A stretch of DNA of 57,898 bases, the filler included, from Sphacelaria rigidula (lineage: Eukaryota): NCBI GenBank assembly GCA_964200075.2. It is 6 parts of 6 records of this genome, joined end to end, with 100 filler letters (N's around TTAATTAATTAA, not from the genome) between each part and the next. Parts side by side here need not be neighbours in the genome. Positions count along the whole stretch, not along the records: positions 9,668 to 19,234 come from CAXNAA020008196.1; positions 19,335 to 28,900 come from CAXNAA020008197.1; 4 more parts are not named here. One strand, given 5' to 3'. Numbering within the stretch: position 1 is the first letter of the stretch; each line of letters opens with the position of its first letter. Below are positions 12,025 to 24,233 of this stretch, piece by piece. Both the position numbers and the translations under genes were made by a program. Below the pieces are notes generated by a model. It was not told the origin of the DNA and ran no database searches. It saw only the letters and a list, made by a program, of their open reading frames with translations.

Positions 12025-12843
12025 GAAACGTAATGGGCGCCCTAATGTTGGAGGTATCTCTAGAAGTAGGAACGGTGCTCCGTCTCGAAAGGGATGCGTG
12101 GTTAATGGTCAAATGACTAAGGTAAACCACAGATAAGTACTCCTTCCCCCCCCACTGCAACAGGTCCCTGTGTAATGTAGGGAAGAAAGATAATGAGCGC
12201 GCAAATGTTGGAGGTCTCTATTGGGAGTGGGAACGGTGCTCCGTCTCGAAAGGGATGCGTGGTCAATGGTCAAATTATCAAGGCAAGCAACAAATGAATA
12301 CACCCCTTCCCCTTCTCGGTGTCTCCCTTCAAGGGTCAAGGGTCTGCGTCGGTTGGCAACGACGCTGGAAAACACGCCACTCACTGCGTAAGCTAGGTAA
12401 CTAGCCAGTTTACCGGGTCTTTTACGCTTGCGTCTTTTTTTGCGACAACCATGAATGGTGGTCGAGTTAGACCATATTGTGCGGGGTGGGAAAACGTCAG
12501 CTCCGCATAAAGGGGATGGTCGTAACATGTCCTCAAATGGTGAGACACCCATGAGGCAGTGTAGCTCGTGGCTGTCCGGAAGTGGCGATGCCAGAAGAGG
12601 AAGCAACTCATTCGAGGCTGTCGTTCATGTGCAAGACGATTAGTACGCTTCGGGCCGAACAATCTCAGTAGGATCCAGGTCACCCTTCATGCGACTCGCC
12701 GAACTCATCACGGCGCTTCGCGCTTGGTGATTGATTGCGACGGCCCGGTTCGGCCAAAACCCGGCGTGCTCCTTTCCAGCTTTGTGGAGTTGCGAGGTCA
12801 ACGGTCTTATAACTACGGCATGTAAAATCATGAGTACACCCCC
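12025..12843 (-). repeat. Family A repeat, full copy with a tandemly duplicated short 3' module
   Basis: Homologous to 5074-5764. The GGAACGGTGCTCCGTCTCGAAAGGGATGCGTGG module occurs twice (about 12070 and 12230). Confidence 0.9.
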
Positions 12844-13063
12844 GTCGTTGTCTCATCCGTCGAACAACCAATAACCACAGGGAAGTATTAACGAGATGAA
12901 AAAACAATCGAGAAAAGGAGAGGATTGTCCCGTGAATGTGCGCAAAAATCGACCCTCACGAATCCTCCAGCATATCCCCCCCCCCACCTCCTCCCCGTTA
13001 GAGCACATGCCACATTTTACAATATGCCGCAAAATTAATGCCCTGCTCTCGGTTTTTCCTCAG

Positions 13064-13209
13064 GAAACCGGGTTGATGCGGCTGACTCTCGGGAACCGAG
13101 ATTATCCTGGACCCGTGGCCCGTGATGCGGGCATGGTCGTTGCCGCGTATCCTCCTGTAGCTGAGGATACGTGGGGTTGCACCATCCTGTCGCGCCTGCC
13201 CGTGGTCAG
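13064..13209 (+). CDS. Exon of a CWH43/PGAP2-interacting-protein-like endonuclease/exonuclease/phosphatase-domain protein
   Basis: tttttcctcag acceptor and AG|GTGAAA donor. ETGLMRLTLGNRDYPGPVARDAGMVVAAYPPVAEDTWGCTILSRLPVV matches the recalled CWH43 C-terminal pattern 'ESD....GN.D.........GP....TWG...LSR.PIV'. Confidence 0.7.
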
Positions 13210-13556
13210 GTGAAAGAACAGCGGACGTTGTAGAGTTATTTGAAGCACTGTCGATTGTGGTGGGCGGGGGATCCCTGTCTTTATTTTCCTTTTATATTTC
13301 TTCATATTTTGGTTTCTGCCTTGTTTCTCTTCTTTCGTTTTTTTCCGTGTCTTTTTCATTTTTCATTTTTATTTTGTATTCTTTCTTTCTTTTGCCGTGT
13401 TTGCCATTTTGTTCTCGTTTTACTACCTTTTATTAATTCTCCCTCTTTTCTTTTCCATTCTCTCTTGTCCTATTTTTTCGTTCTCTGCTCTTTTAGCTTG
13501 AGAGAATAGTCCATTTCGTTTGGATCGATTGTAACTTCTTGCGAAATAAGTTTATA

Positions 13557-14105
13557 CAGTAGTGGGCGGTCTAACTATTCATTTTGAGACATTTTGTGAT
13601 TTCTTCGTAATAGGCGATTTTGTTGGGCTCTTTTCGCTTGCCACCGCTTATCACATTGGGGATCTGAAGATATTTGTATCCGCTACACACTTCGAAAATA
13701 TAAATAATCTGTACTCAATATTGAGTGACTTACGGGCTGACCGGTCATCGGGGGTCCTGCGATGTTTCAGCCCAGATTCTTACCCTTCCGTATTTTCGGT
13801 CGATCGAGCCTGTCCCGATCATTTTTCTAAAACAATGTACAGTGTCATTTTTGTGAAAATCTGCCTACTCATCGCACTTGAGCCGAAAAACTGTGTTTCA
13901 CGGTCAATAACACCCTCCTGATGAACGGGGTATTTACTCGTTTCGTCCGATAACAACAACTTGCACTGACTTGGGCACTGTGTTTTGAGGATGATCTATT
14001 TATTGTACCAAAATCTACCGACGCTGGCAATTTCGAGTTTTATCGAAGAGTAGTACGCGAGGAAAACCCCCAAACCCCGCTGAGTAGTTAGACCGCCCAC
14101 TATGG
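13557..14105. mobile_element. Tc1/mariner/pogo-type MITE, second copy
   Basis: TA|CAGTAGTGGGCGGTCTAACTA ... TAGTTAGACCGCCCACTATGG|TA. The body is colinear with 6693-7241. Confidence 0.88.
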
Positions 14106-14258
14106 TAGCAAAATAAGTTTTGACACGAAGATAGACACCTGACTATGACAAGTCATTCACTGTGCTCAAGTGAAACATGGTGGCGATTTCACAGATTGGA
14201 CATAGCTGAGCGATCAAAGGGTGAACTAGGGAGATGTACCCAATGATCAAATATTCCA

Positions 14259-15205
14259 CACCCTGGACAATACAATATGAAGTATATATTGCTCGCTCAA
14301 TATGTCGACGCGTCGGGTGGTCAATATATATTGGGCGAGTAATATGATGGCACGAGAGACAGGTCAATATATATACTGTGTCATCAATATGTCAAGGCTC
14401 GCGACATGCAATATATATCGACCGAACAATATATCACGACACGCGCCGCCTCAATATATATTGGCCGAGAAATATGTTGGTGCGGTAAGGCGCCAATATC
14501 GAGTAATGTATTGGCTTCCACACGAGGTCAATATGTATTGACGATTCAATATATTTAACACCCGAAGCGCAAATATATGTCGCCTCCCGAATATGCCGTG
14601 CGTCAATGCGTCCAATATACATTGGGCGAACAATAAACGGGATCTACCGTCACAATACATAGTGGTGTAGCAATATACATATCTATATATTGATGATTCA
14701 GTATGTGTATTGGAAATTGTATAGGAATTAGTATGGTGAGCACTTTTATGTTCGCGGGCGCCATTGAAAGAGGTATCAGCTGATGCCGAAAACGCTCAAT
14801 GTATTCCTTCGCGAGGGTGTCCAATATATATTGGCTGCACAACAGCTATGCGATGAGCATGCGCAATACATACTGGAACACAATATTTTTGCATGGTGTG
14901 TGCTCAATATATATTATGGCAACAATCTGTTACGCATCGCTTCGACTCAATACATATTGGCACTTTCATATATACACGACTGGCATGCACAATATATGTT
15001 GAATGTTGTGTTGCCGGAGAAATGCATGTCAAATATATATTGTCACGCAGTACTTCACGATCATGACACGATAAACATATGTTGTTGCTTCAGTGTCTCC
15101 GAGGACATCTCAACACAATATACATATGTTGAAATGGTAATATTTGCGCTGTCTCCAATGTAAAGTATTGGTATCATATAAGAACATATTGTATTGTCCA
15201 GGGTA
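14259..15205. mobile_element. TIR element with internal ~42-bp-period CAATATATATTG arrays (element A)
   Basis: Perfect 19-bp inverted termini CCCTGGACAATACAATATG (14261-14279 / 15185-15203). The interior consists of recurring CAATATAT(A)TTG-like motifs. Confidence 0.85.
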
Positions 15206-15295
15206 TAAGCAACACAGCACCGATGACCACAGGGGTACCAAAAGGCCCATATCGACCCGCGTTTCTGCCGTCGTACTGTTCAGCCAAGATGTACA

Positions 15296-16539
15296 CACTC
15301 TGGACAATGGACGCAAGAATAGTCCATTGCTTCAGCAATAGACACGGGGGAAAACCTATCGATATATATCGTCGAACACGATATATGGTGAAACACATCT
15401 ATTGATATGTATTGCAAGGGACAGTCGATGTACAATAGTCGGTCGATAGCCTGTGACAATTACAGTAGATAAAGATCACTCGACATCGATGGAAATCGTG
15501 CGCCGCAATAGATTCTGGGATGTATATGTCGATAGCCATTGCCGCAATCAATAGGTTTGGTAAGCCATCCATCGATGACCATTGCCGCTATCAATAGATT
15601 TGGTGAGCCATCAATCGATAGTCATTGCCGTTATCAATATATTAGGTGAGCAATATATCAAAACCAATTACAGCCATTAGGAGATTTCGTGAGCCGTCTA
15701 TCGGTAGCCTCTCTCTGCCGCTAACAACACATCTTTTGGTTATCCATCAATGTGGTCATTGCCGTCAGCAATCGATTGTTCTCGGGAGCACCTATCGATA
15801 GCCAGTGACGCGAACGATAAGTTTTGAAAAATATATTGCTCTCTGCAGTGGTCTTACGACATCAAACGCTTTTTCTTATTGTGTTCTCTATTGCTGCTCC
15901 TGACCACGGGCTGGATTGTTGCAATAAGCGAATGCGAGATAATCAATCAAATCTATAAATTAATCGATCAATCAACGGCAATGCCCTTCACACATGAACA
16001 CGCAACAATCTACGGCGATAGCTGGCCATAGCTTCTCATGAATAAGGTGAAAACATACATCGAAAAATGTGCATACATTGCGCTATTGATGGACGCCACT
16101 CAGCCACTTTTGTGGTCAGCAATAGATATTGGTGGCCGCGATTCAAATTGCATAGCGACCAGCGGTATACATTGGTGGCCCGCGATCCAGGTTATGTTAT
16201 GATCCTCAATAGACATTGGTGGGCGCAATTTAGATCCAATTGTGACCAACAGTATCTATTGGTGGCCGCGTGGCAGGTCCCATTGTGATGAGCCACAGAC
16301 ATTGGTGACCGCAAGTCAGAGCCTAGTGCAACAAAAAAGCTTATCGATAGACAACTTGGCGCCCCCCATTTTCACGGCAATGACATATTCTGTCTCTTGT
16401 CCCGAATCTATTGTCGCCTACAATAGAGATCGATAGACATTGATGCCAATCGATTATGACTGACAAAGAACATTGCCAGTCAAAATTTCGGGGCTATTGC
16501 AGCGGTAATGTTCCATTACATAGTCCATTGTCCAGGGTA
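15296..16539. mobile_element. Related TIR element with ~42-bp tandem arrays (element B)
   Basis: Termini CTCTGGACAATGGAC / GTCCATTGTCCAGGG. Internal units ATCGATAGCCATTGCCGC.ATCAATAGATTTGG at 15.50-15.82 kb and CAATAGACATTGGTGGCCGC at 16.09-16.32 kb. Confidence 0.82.
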
Positions 16540-16799
16540 TAAGCACATCTAACCCACACACAGAAGTACTGTAAGCGCTCATGTCCATCAGAGAGACAAC
16601 CGTAAGTACCAACACCACACCAACAATAATTGCAGATTCCTACGAAGTACAAGCGTTCCAAACTTGTAGAAACGCGATGTCATGTACTCACAAGAAGTAT
16701 TGTCACATACTCACTGCATGCCCACCTGCGGCTTCTCTACCGTACTTTAGCGGAGTATAATATGCTCCACAGTATACGTAGTATGTTGCAATACAGGTG

Positions 16800-17255
16800 T
16801 GGCAACAGACGACAGGGAATATCTATCGGTAGGCGTTGTATACCACAGCTGATTCTGGTATGTATCTATCGATATTCATCGCCACCATGCATAGAATTTG
16901 TACGCAATCTCTCAGTAGCGATTGCCGTCATCAATAGATTTGGTATACAATCTGTCAATAGCCATCGTCGTCATCAATAGATTTGGCACGCGGTCTATCG
17001 ATAGTCATTGCCGCCATCAGTAGATTTGGAAAGCTATCGATCGATGCATTTGGTCGGCAGCAATAGATTTCGGTGTGAGGCCACAGCAGACTACTGCCCA
17101 GACAAGAGTGGGGGAATCTGATCTATCGATAGGCATTGCCAACGACAATAGAAGGATAAACTTGACGATCGATGGCCATTACGGACGACAATATTGGCAT
17201 CTACTGCAGCAGATTCTATTGCGATCACAATGGATGCCGTCTATTGTCCGGGGTG
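16800..17255. mobile_element. Third, left-truncated member of the same family (element C)
   Basis: Same ATCGATAG.CATTGCCG..ATCAATAGATTTGG units. The right end GTCTATTGTCCGGGGTG resembles the family TIR. No left TIR was seen. Confidence 0.7.
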
Positions 17256-17512
17256 TCCAACGTAACGTGATGCTAGACGTTAGACGTTGCATGAAACGTT
17301 TCATATTGCGTTACATGTAACGTAACGTAACGTAACGTAATCTATTTTCAACGTGATGAACATCACGTTAACGTAACGTTAAATTTTCAAATTAAGCGTT
17401 CATGTAACGTCATATCTTTTTACGTGACATACGTCACTCAACGTGAACATTTTTTTTAACGTGATAAACGTAACGTGAACGTGAACGTAAACGTGTGACG
17501 TGTATATCCCTG
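17250..17512. repeat. AACGT/ACGT-rich array, possibly a small element with CAGGG-type termini
   Basis: Dense AACGT/CACGT repeats. The ends CGGGGTGTCCAACGT and ACGTGTATATCCCTG are loosely inverted. Confidence 0.55.
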
Positions 17513-19175
17513 AAAAATTCATCGAAAACGACTCAATATTGAGCTCGGGAAGTGTGCTACAGCTTGTGCGGCACCACGCGGCACAAAACTGACTGTAACC
17601 GAAAATCCAATCTCAGCCGTCTTCTTTTGGCTATTTCCGCCGCACGTAGTACCCTCAATCCTATACGATTTCGCCCTTGACTACAGTTTGGTATTTTAGT
17701 TTGATGAGACCTTGTCGGATCGCAGTGCTACATGGATTTGAAGACGCGCGCTGATTCGCCGATCACCTCGATGTGTCATGCGAGGCACAACTCGCGATAC
17801 ATCGTCAGTTTGAACGGGCTGAAGGAAAGTGAGCTTCTTAGGCGGCCCAGCCTGTATGACAAAAATATGACAGTTTTGCGCAAAAAAGATTGTCACAGGA
17901 ATAGCTGGCAGTGTCATCATTTTGACGAAAATGCGAATATATGAACATATGACAATTTTCATACGGTCCTACCGCGTAAACGCCTAGGGAATGCATGACA
18001 AAAGAAAAGGAAATCATGTGGCACGAGGAGCATGCGATGTAGCTGCATCGAGCCGGAATACAGCTGAAGGGCGGTTATACCACGGTAAAGGCAGCATCTG
18101 TGAATATTTCGGAACTGCATGCTGCTGCTAGCTGGTGCTGCCGTCCTGCTGATCTTCCGTCCTGGCGTTGCCCGAGGTTGATCGTGGACGCCGGAGGCCA
18201 CCACTGTGTATGAACCTTATGTTGAGCTTCTCAACACTGATAAGTGATATAATGTGATGGCGTGATGATAGCAGAGGGCTGCCCTTTCACGTTCCCCTAC
18301 GAACAAGATCGTTCTTGAACAGCCCGAATATTTTCAAGAAAACTAGAGTTACTTGGAAACATTTCCGCAAATGTTACTCTTGAGTATTACTGAGGGGGAT
18401 GATATCGCAGCCTCCATCATTCTCAGGGCGAAAATCGCTCAATGATTTATTTAGTGATTTTTCATGTGCCGTTAACCCTTCGACCGCCACGAACAGCCCT
18501 CTGCCGAGTTGGCACCGTTCTCACTTGAAGAATGAGAAGAATGAGAAGAATGAGAAGAATGGATTTGAGACCCGGGTGATAAATGATCCACCCTTGCCGT
18601 CACCGCCTCAACGGTCACTGCGGTCAAGAGTCAGAGCCGACCCTCCATCTGCGTGCGAGCACATTTTTTTACTTGAAATTTGAAGAGTCGAAATGGGTCA
18701 ATTTTTATGTCACGCTAAATTTTCGATAGCAGTGCTTGTGGAGAACAGCGCGAAATCCAGAGCGGTTTGTGTTGGTGTTTTTTGTCAATATCAATTGCGT
18801 CACACAGTAAAAGCCGATCTTGGCTAATTGGGCAAAAACAGGCTGCTTCAGAGGAAACAGTCTTGAAGGTATACTGTTTTTACGGCGGCCGTCACTTCAA
18901 GTTAACGTTAATCTCAAATGGGCGTTCGATGCGCAACGCAGAATGCCGGTACGGAGGTGCTCGTACGCCTCGCACAACCAATGTGTTTGCTTGTGTCTAC
19001 TACTGCTTCAAAACTACTTGCCAAGGTGGTATACCAGCCTTGAGCGTAGTTCGAAAAGGTGTGGGGTTGCAGCAGTGGTCGCTAGGACATTTGTTTTGTC
19101 CATCAAGCAGCGATAGTTTCCGTCCCAACTCTGGCATCGTACCGTACACGACCGCCTTTAGTCCAAAAGTTGGGT

Positions 19176-19234
19176 ACAGTACTCTGTACTGTACTGTACT
19201 GTACTGTACTGTACTGTACTGTACTGTACTGTAC
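19176..19234. repeat. (GTACT)n microsatellite at the scaffold end
   Basis: Directly visible. Confidence 0.95.
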
Positions 19235-22200
19235 NNNNNNNNNNNNNNNNNNNNNNNNNNNNNNNNNNNNNNNNNNNNTTAATTAATTAANNNNNNNNNN
19301 NNNNNNNNNNNNNNNNNNNNNNNNNNNNNNNNNNAAAAAAAAAAAAAGAAGAAAAAAAAAAGAGAAAGAGAAAAAGAGAAAAAGAGAGAAAGAGGGAAAA
19401 AAAAAAAAAAAGGAAAGAAATAGTCTTGGGCAAAATAGTTCGATGGAGGTCGACGACGGGCTGCGGGGGTGCTGGTGCAATGCTCGATAACAAAAGGCAC
19501 GACAAGTATGCATGTACCCAGGGCAGAGACTGGCTTGATTCCTTGAAACGACGGGCTCGTCACGAATAAAACAGGGAGAAGGGGAGGGGCTGGAGGGGGA
19601 GAGAGGGAGGGGGACGGGTAAGTTGAAGTGCAACGGGCATAAAAAAGCGGAAAAGGTTTTAGGCGAAGCGTTGAATGACGGGCAAACTGTGTTGCTTATT
19701 TTTCCAGACTGTTGTTGCAAATTTGTCGGGTTTTTTTTTTTCCTTTTCGTCATACCTCTGATCCTTCCCCTTCCTCGGGACGAGTCCGCGTGGTTTCAAG
19801 AGATCATCCGATCTCTTCCCCGATACACTCGTTCCATTTGGTGTCGCGGATCGGATCATGACCAGCACTCCTGCAACGCGTCAACTGTAGTCGCACGAGC
19901 TTTATTTGTTGCTAACGCACTCACGCTTTCAACGGCGGAGAAATGCGTTTGGCGGGAATCGAATCCCCCATTTTTCTGATCTAATGGTGCCAATCGTACT
20001 TTTTAATTTAGACCACCGGGGCGCGGCGGCCGCAGTAGTGTGGGGTATTCTCACTTTTTTCAGGATATACTCATCAAGTCCTATATTTTACGGCACCATG
20101 CCTAATTCTTCGGAATTTGGCAGCATGGTGCCTTTGCGCGAGTAGAGCTGTCTATCTTGTTTTTTTTTTATTATTGTTCTTTGGAGCAGTTCTCCGCTCA
20201 TCCAGGCCATGTTTTTGAGATTTCGAGTTTAGTACATCAGGAAACTCATCAAAAGCCCCAACATTGACAGATGGCGCATAGTAGTATATAACATTGGTAA
20301 AGTCGGATTTGGGCGGGGAGTGAATTAGTAGCACAGGGGACGAGAAAATATCTTTCCCCGGGGGTGCTTCCTACCATGCATTTAGGCGTGGAATCTACCG
20401 TTTTGGCTTATACCGTGTAAATTTCATTGTCTTTGGATGATATGGAAGTATTTTGATGATAGTTCAAATACGTTTATGATAAAAAAATAAAACATTCTCT
20501 TTAGCGAAGATTGTATGTTTGCATGCCCTCATAACAAAATTGTCACACAGGTGACGTCTTCCGTTTCGCCTGTTGCACACGAATGTCGATGTACTCAAAC
20601 ACACTAAGGCCTCAATAGAACGTGTAAACAGTCATTTTTTTATCATCATCCACCCATTTCTCCCCACCCGGGGATGAAATCACTCTATCCCCTCCCCCGA
20701 AAAGAAGAGGGTGTTATCTACCGTTCTCGCTGGTTACACAGGCATCAAATTTACGCACGAGTGACGACTATCCCGAACACGCGAGGGGGCATCGCTAGAA
20801 CGTATCGACAACACACTATTTCCTCACGACCCCTTCTCTCCCCATCCCCTTTCCTGGTGATGAGATCAACGCGTCCCCTCTCTGGATCATCTCATCGGAA
20901 AGGGGGTCTCACCCGGCGTTTGAGTCATTTGCGGCCGGACAACATCGATTCTGACCGCGTGACCGGTACCAATGGAAAGAGTAGAAGCAACCCTAACTAG
21001 TGGTACATGCCGTTTTCCATAACAAGGTCGGAGACACCCCGAGGAGGATGTTATTCTATCCCCTCCCTAAACACGCACAGGGGTCATCATGCACCGTCAG
21101 GGCCTGTTACATACGATTAGCCAGCCTCTGAACACGCGGGAGGCATCACTCGAACGCACTCACCCTACTCTAGTGCTTCATGACTCCTTCACCCCTCCCC
21201 CCCACCACCACCCCTCCTCCCCGGGGAGAAACTCAGTGCATTTCTTCCCCGAATAATCTTAGCGGGAAGGGGGTGTTATCCGACGATTGAGCTATTTGCG
21301 GCTGGACAAGAATGAGTCTGGACACGTGACCGGTATATACAGAAATCCTCCAATCTCTCCTTAGTAGCATTATCTTTTGCTCTTCTTGACAGGATTGCAG
21401 GGACCTCGGGGGATATGTTGTTCTACACTCTTCCCACGTGCGTGCTGGGATCATAATCCATCTCCGGGGCTTGTTAAATACGAGCGGCAATGCTCCGGAA
21501 CATACAAGTGGTCACTGGAACGTATGCATCCTATTCGCCTATTCGGGAACACCTTTCCACCTCCCCGACCATGAGATGAGCATGCCTCCTCCCCAAACGC
21601 CCTCGCCTGAGGGGTGTACTCACTTGTTGCTTGCCTTGGTCGTTTGACCATCGACCACGCACCCCTTTCGAGACGGAGCACCGTTCCTACTCCCAATAGA
21701 AACACCTCCAACATGTAGGTGCTCATTAGATTCTTCTATACATTACACAGAACCGCACACATATCGTCATCATTTCTTCGCTACTGTCTAATGCATCAAA
21801 CGATTTGATACCACCTTCGTTCACGGTCCGCATTTTCCCCTCTAGCACGTCCCGTTCCTCCTGCATAGCCCTCACCTAGGAGGGTGCCATTTGAATTATT
21901 GGCCGTTTGCGGGCGGACTGTATGATGCCTCTGAGCGCATTTCAGGTATCGTCTAAACGTCGATACTCTCACCATGTACCCGTGGGGTAGCCAGGAGCAC
22001 TAGCGTTCATTTGAGACTGGACAAAACGGTGGATACCACCACCCCGGGGGCGGCTGCTTTCCTTTCTCTGTAAAGACCACGAGCCCAATCTCCACATGAG
22101 ACATCAATGCATTTTGTTTCTCGCACTTTGAACCCTCCCTCCCGTTCCTCGGGATGAGTCCGTGGTCTCAAGGGATCATCCCATCTATCCCCCGGTGCAT

Positions 22201-23095
22201 TGAAGATGTTTTTTCTTTATATAGCCGTACGTGCCACGCAGTGATTTTTTACACTCTCGATGAGATCTTCCCACATGCACTGAAACAGCCGAAACAAAAG
22301 TGGGGCAACATTAGCCCGGATGCTGTCCTAATCTCAAATATATTGGGCAAGACCCATCGGTCTATGTGTTAAAACCCTCACTGACGCCACCCGATTCGGC
22401 CGCAAGTTACTCCCATCTCAACTAATTCGATGGCGTAGATTCGATTTCCGCATTGCTTTGTTTTCACCACATGAGTATCCCGTCTTGGCTATGCGAACTT
22501 TTCGACAGTCATTTCCCAATGAATGAACGGTTCATATAAGAAAAGGCACATCGCATTCGGCGTTTCCACCCAATGCTCAGCCAAAGATTTGTTTTTCTCC
22601 ATTTAAGGAAGAATCGCGCGGGCGAGACTCTGACCTGGAAGAGCAGAGAACTGCCCTGTTATCATCTGGACCTTCACTTTCGGTTCTTTCTTGGTCGGGT
22701 AAATAGATGTTTTTGTTTGTGCGTGTTTTGCTACATATTTCCGAGCCCTGCAGCTCTCTAGGCCTCACCTCCGATCACGGCTTCGAGAAGTCGGGTCAAT
22801 GTGGGAACATCAATAGTAATAGTGTTGTTGCTGGTACTACTACAAACATTCACGATGACAGTTTGAATTGTATTGCCGCAGTACCGAAACGTATATTTCC
22901 TCTACGTAATGCCGTGCTGTCTCGTATTTTATCATGAAACGCCAACTTCCCACGCTTCCTGGAGATCGTAGGGCTACGAAAATATTGTTTGTGGACCGTT
23001 GTCCTATCAATGAGTGTGTAATGTGCAGCAGCTACGTGTCAGAACGTATGTGAAGTTGCAATGCGTTTGCACCGATACATCGATATGCTGTGGAG

Positions 23096-23134
<39 letters not shown>

Positions 23135-23189
23135 CGTGTTTTTGCTCATGTCATACTCCACTGTACTGTATGTGTTTGTTTTGATAAAG

Positions 23190-23333
23190 GAGGAGTGTCG
23201 TGAGCAGTTGTGCAACTGCGGTGCACTACCGGCGTTGATCCAGCTGGCTTCCATGGATGATGACGCTACGAAGCTTCGATGCGTCATCGCCTTCGCGAAC
23301 CTCAGCTGCGAGTACACTATCCAGGGCCAAATG
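23190..23333 (+). CDS. Armadillo-repeat protein (Vac8-like), internal exon
   Basis: taaag acceptor, ATG|GTACGA donor, phase 0. EECREQLCNCGALPALIQLASMDDDATKLRCVIAFANLS is a canonical ARM repeat. Confidence 0.85.
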
Positions 23334-23569
23334 GTACGATGTGCTTGTGAGGAGTAGATATTGAACAACATCATACTTCCAACCAAAAAGTAAGTTGAGT
23401 ATACCTTTTCCAGGACCAGATGATGTGGCGGTGACGTTTTTTTTCATCTTTCCAAGTACCCTGATATTTTCGAAATTCCCCTCATCCATATGCCACTCCT
23501 CCATCCATCTGCAAAGCTCACAAAAGAACGCTCTGATCTGCCACAATTGCTGGAAAAACTTCAGCTGTT

Positions 23570-24012
23570 AACACGGGATCTTACAAATAATTGGGGATGG
23601 ATCTTTGATTGGGGATGAGAAACACGGAGAATTACAATCTTCGTATCCACACCAAATCTTCGAAATGCGGTTCCATTTCTTCGCCTACTGATAGCTATTG
23701 ACAACTGCTACACACCATAGAAATTTGGATTTCGATCACCGAAATGTTGAGGTCCTAGGTGAAGAAACAATTTCGGGACCATTTTGGCGTCCGGACATCC
23801 GGAATTCCCCAACATTGGTTTTTCATCGAGGACCCCAACATTTCGGTGATCGAAATCCATTTTTCTAAGGCGTGTAACAGTTTTCAGTAGCTATCAGTAG
23901 GTGAAGAAATGAAACCATATTGCGAAGATTTGGTGTGGACACGAATATTTTAATTCTCCGGGTTTCTCATCCCCAATCGAAGATCCATCCCCAATTTGTA
24001 ACATCCTGTGTT
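23570..24012. mobile_element. Foldback element / long inverted repeat (~210-bp arms) in an ARM-gene intron
   Basis: The arms pair, e.g. GGATTTCGATCACCGAAATGTTG with CAACATTTCGGTGATCGAAATCC, and TTGGGGATGGATCTT with AAGATCCATCCCCAA. Confidence 0.92.
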
Positions 24013-24233
24013 TATTCGAAACGTTCTTCAAAGCAAAGCCCGGTAACCAGCACAGTCAAACGCACGAGTAGCATACAGACGGCGATAAAATGCCAGCAAC
24101 GATGCAACCCCCCCCCCCCCCCTGCTGATGCGCGTGCACGCGGGTGTGGATGCTTCCTCCAATTTTATTCAAGGCAACAGTTCCAGAACGGTCCATTGTC
24201 AGCCCAATATTGTTCAAATGTTGGAGGCGTTAA

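Noticed and set aside
14783-15163. Repeat protein with QYIL motifs
   Set aside because: QYIL/NIY appears in several frames on both strands because it is the translation of the palindromic DNA motif.
14259-17255. CRISPR array
   Set aside because: Conserved units are ~12 bp and spacers 6-14 bp, far below CRISPR sizes. The arrays are bounded by TIRs, there are no cas genes and the context is eukaryotic.
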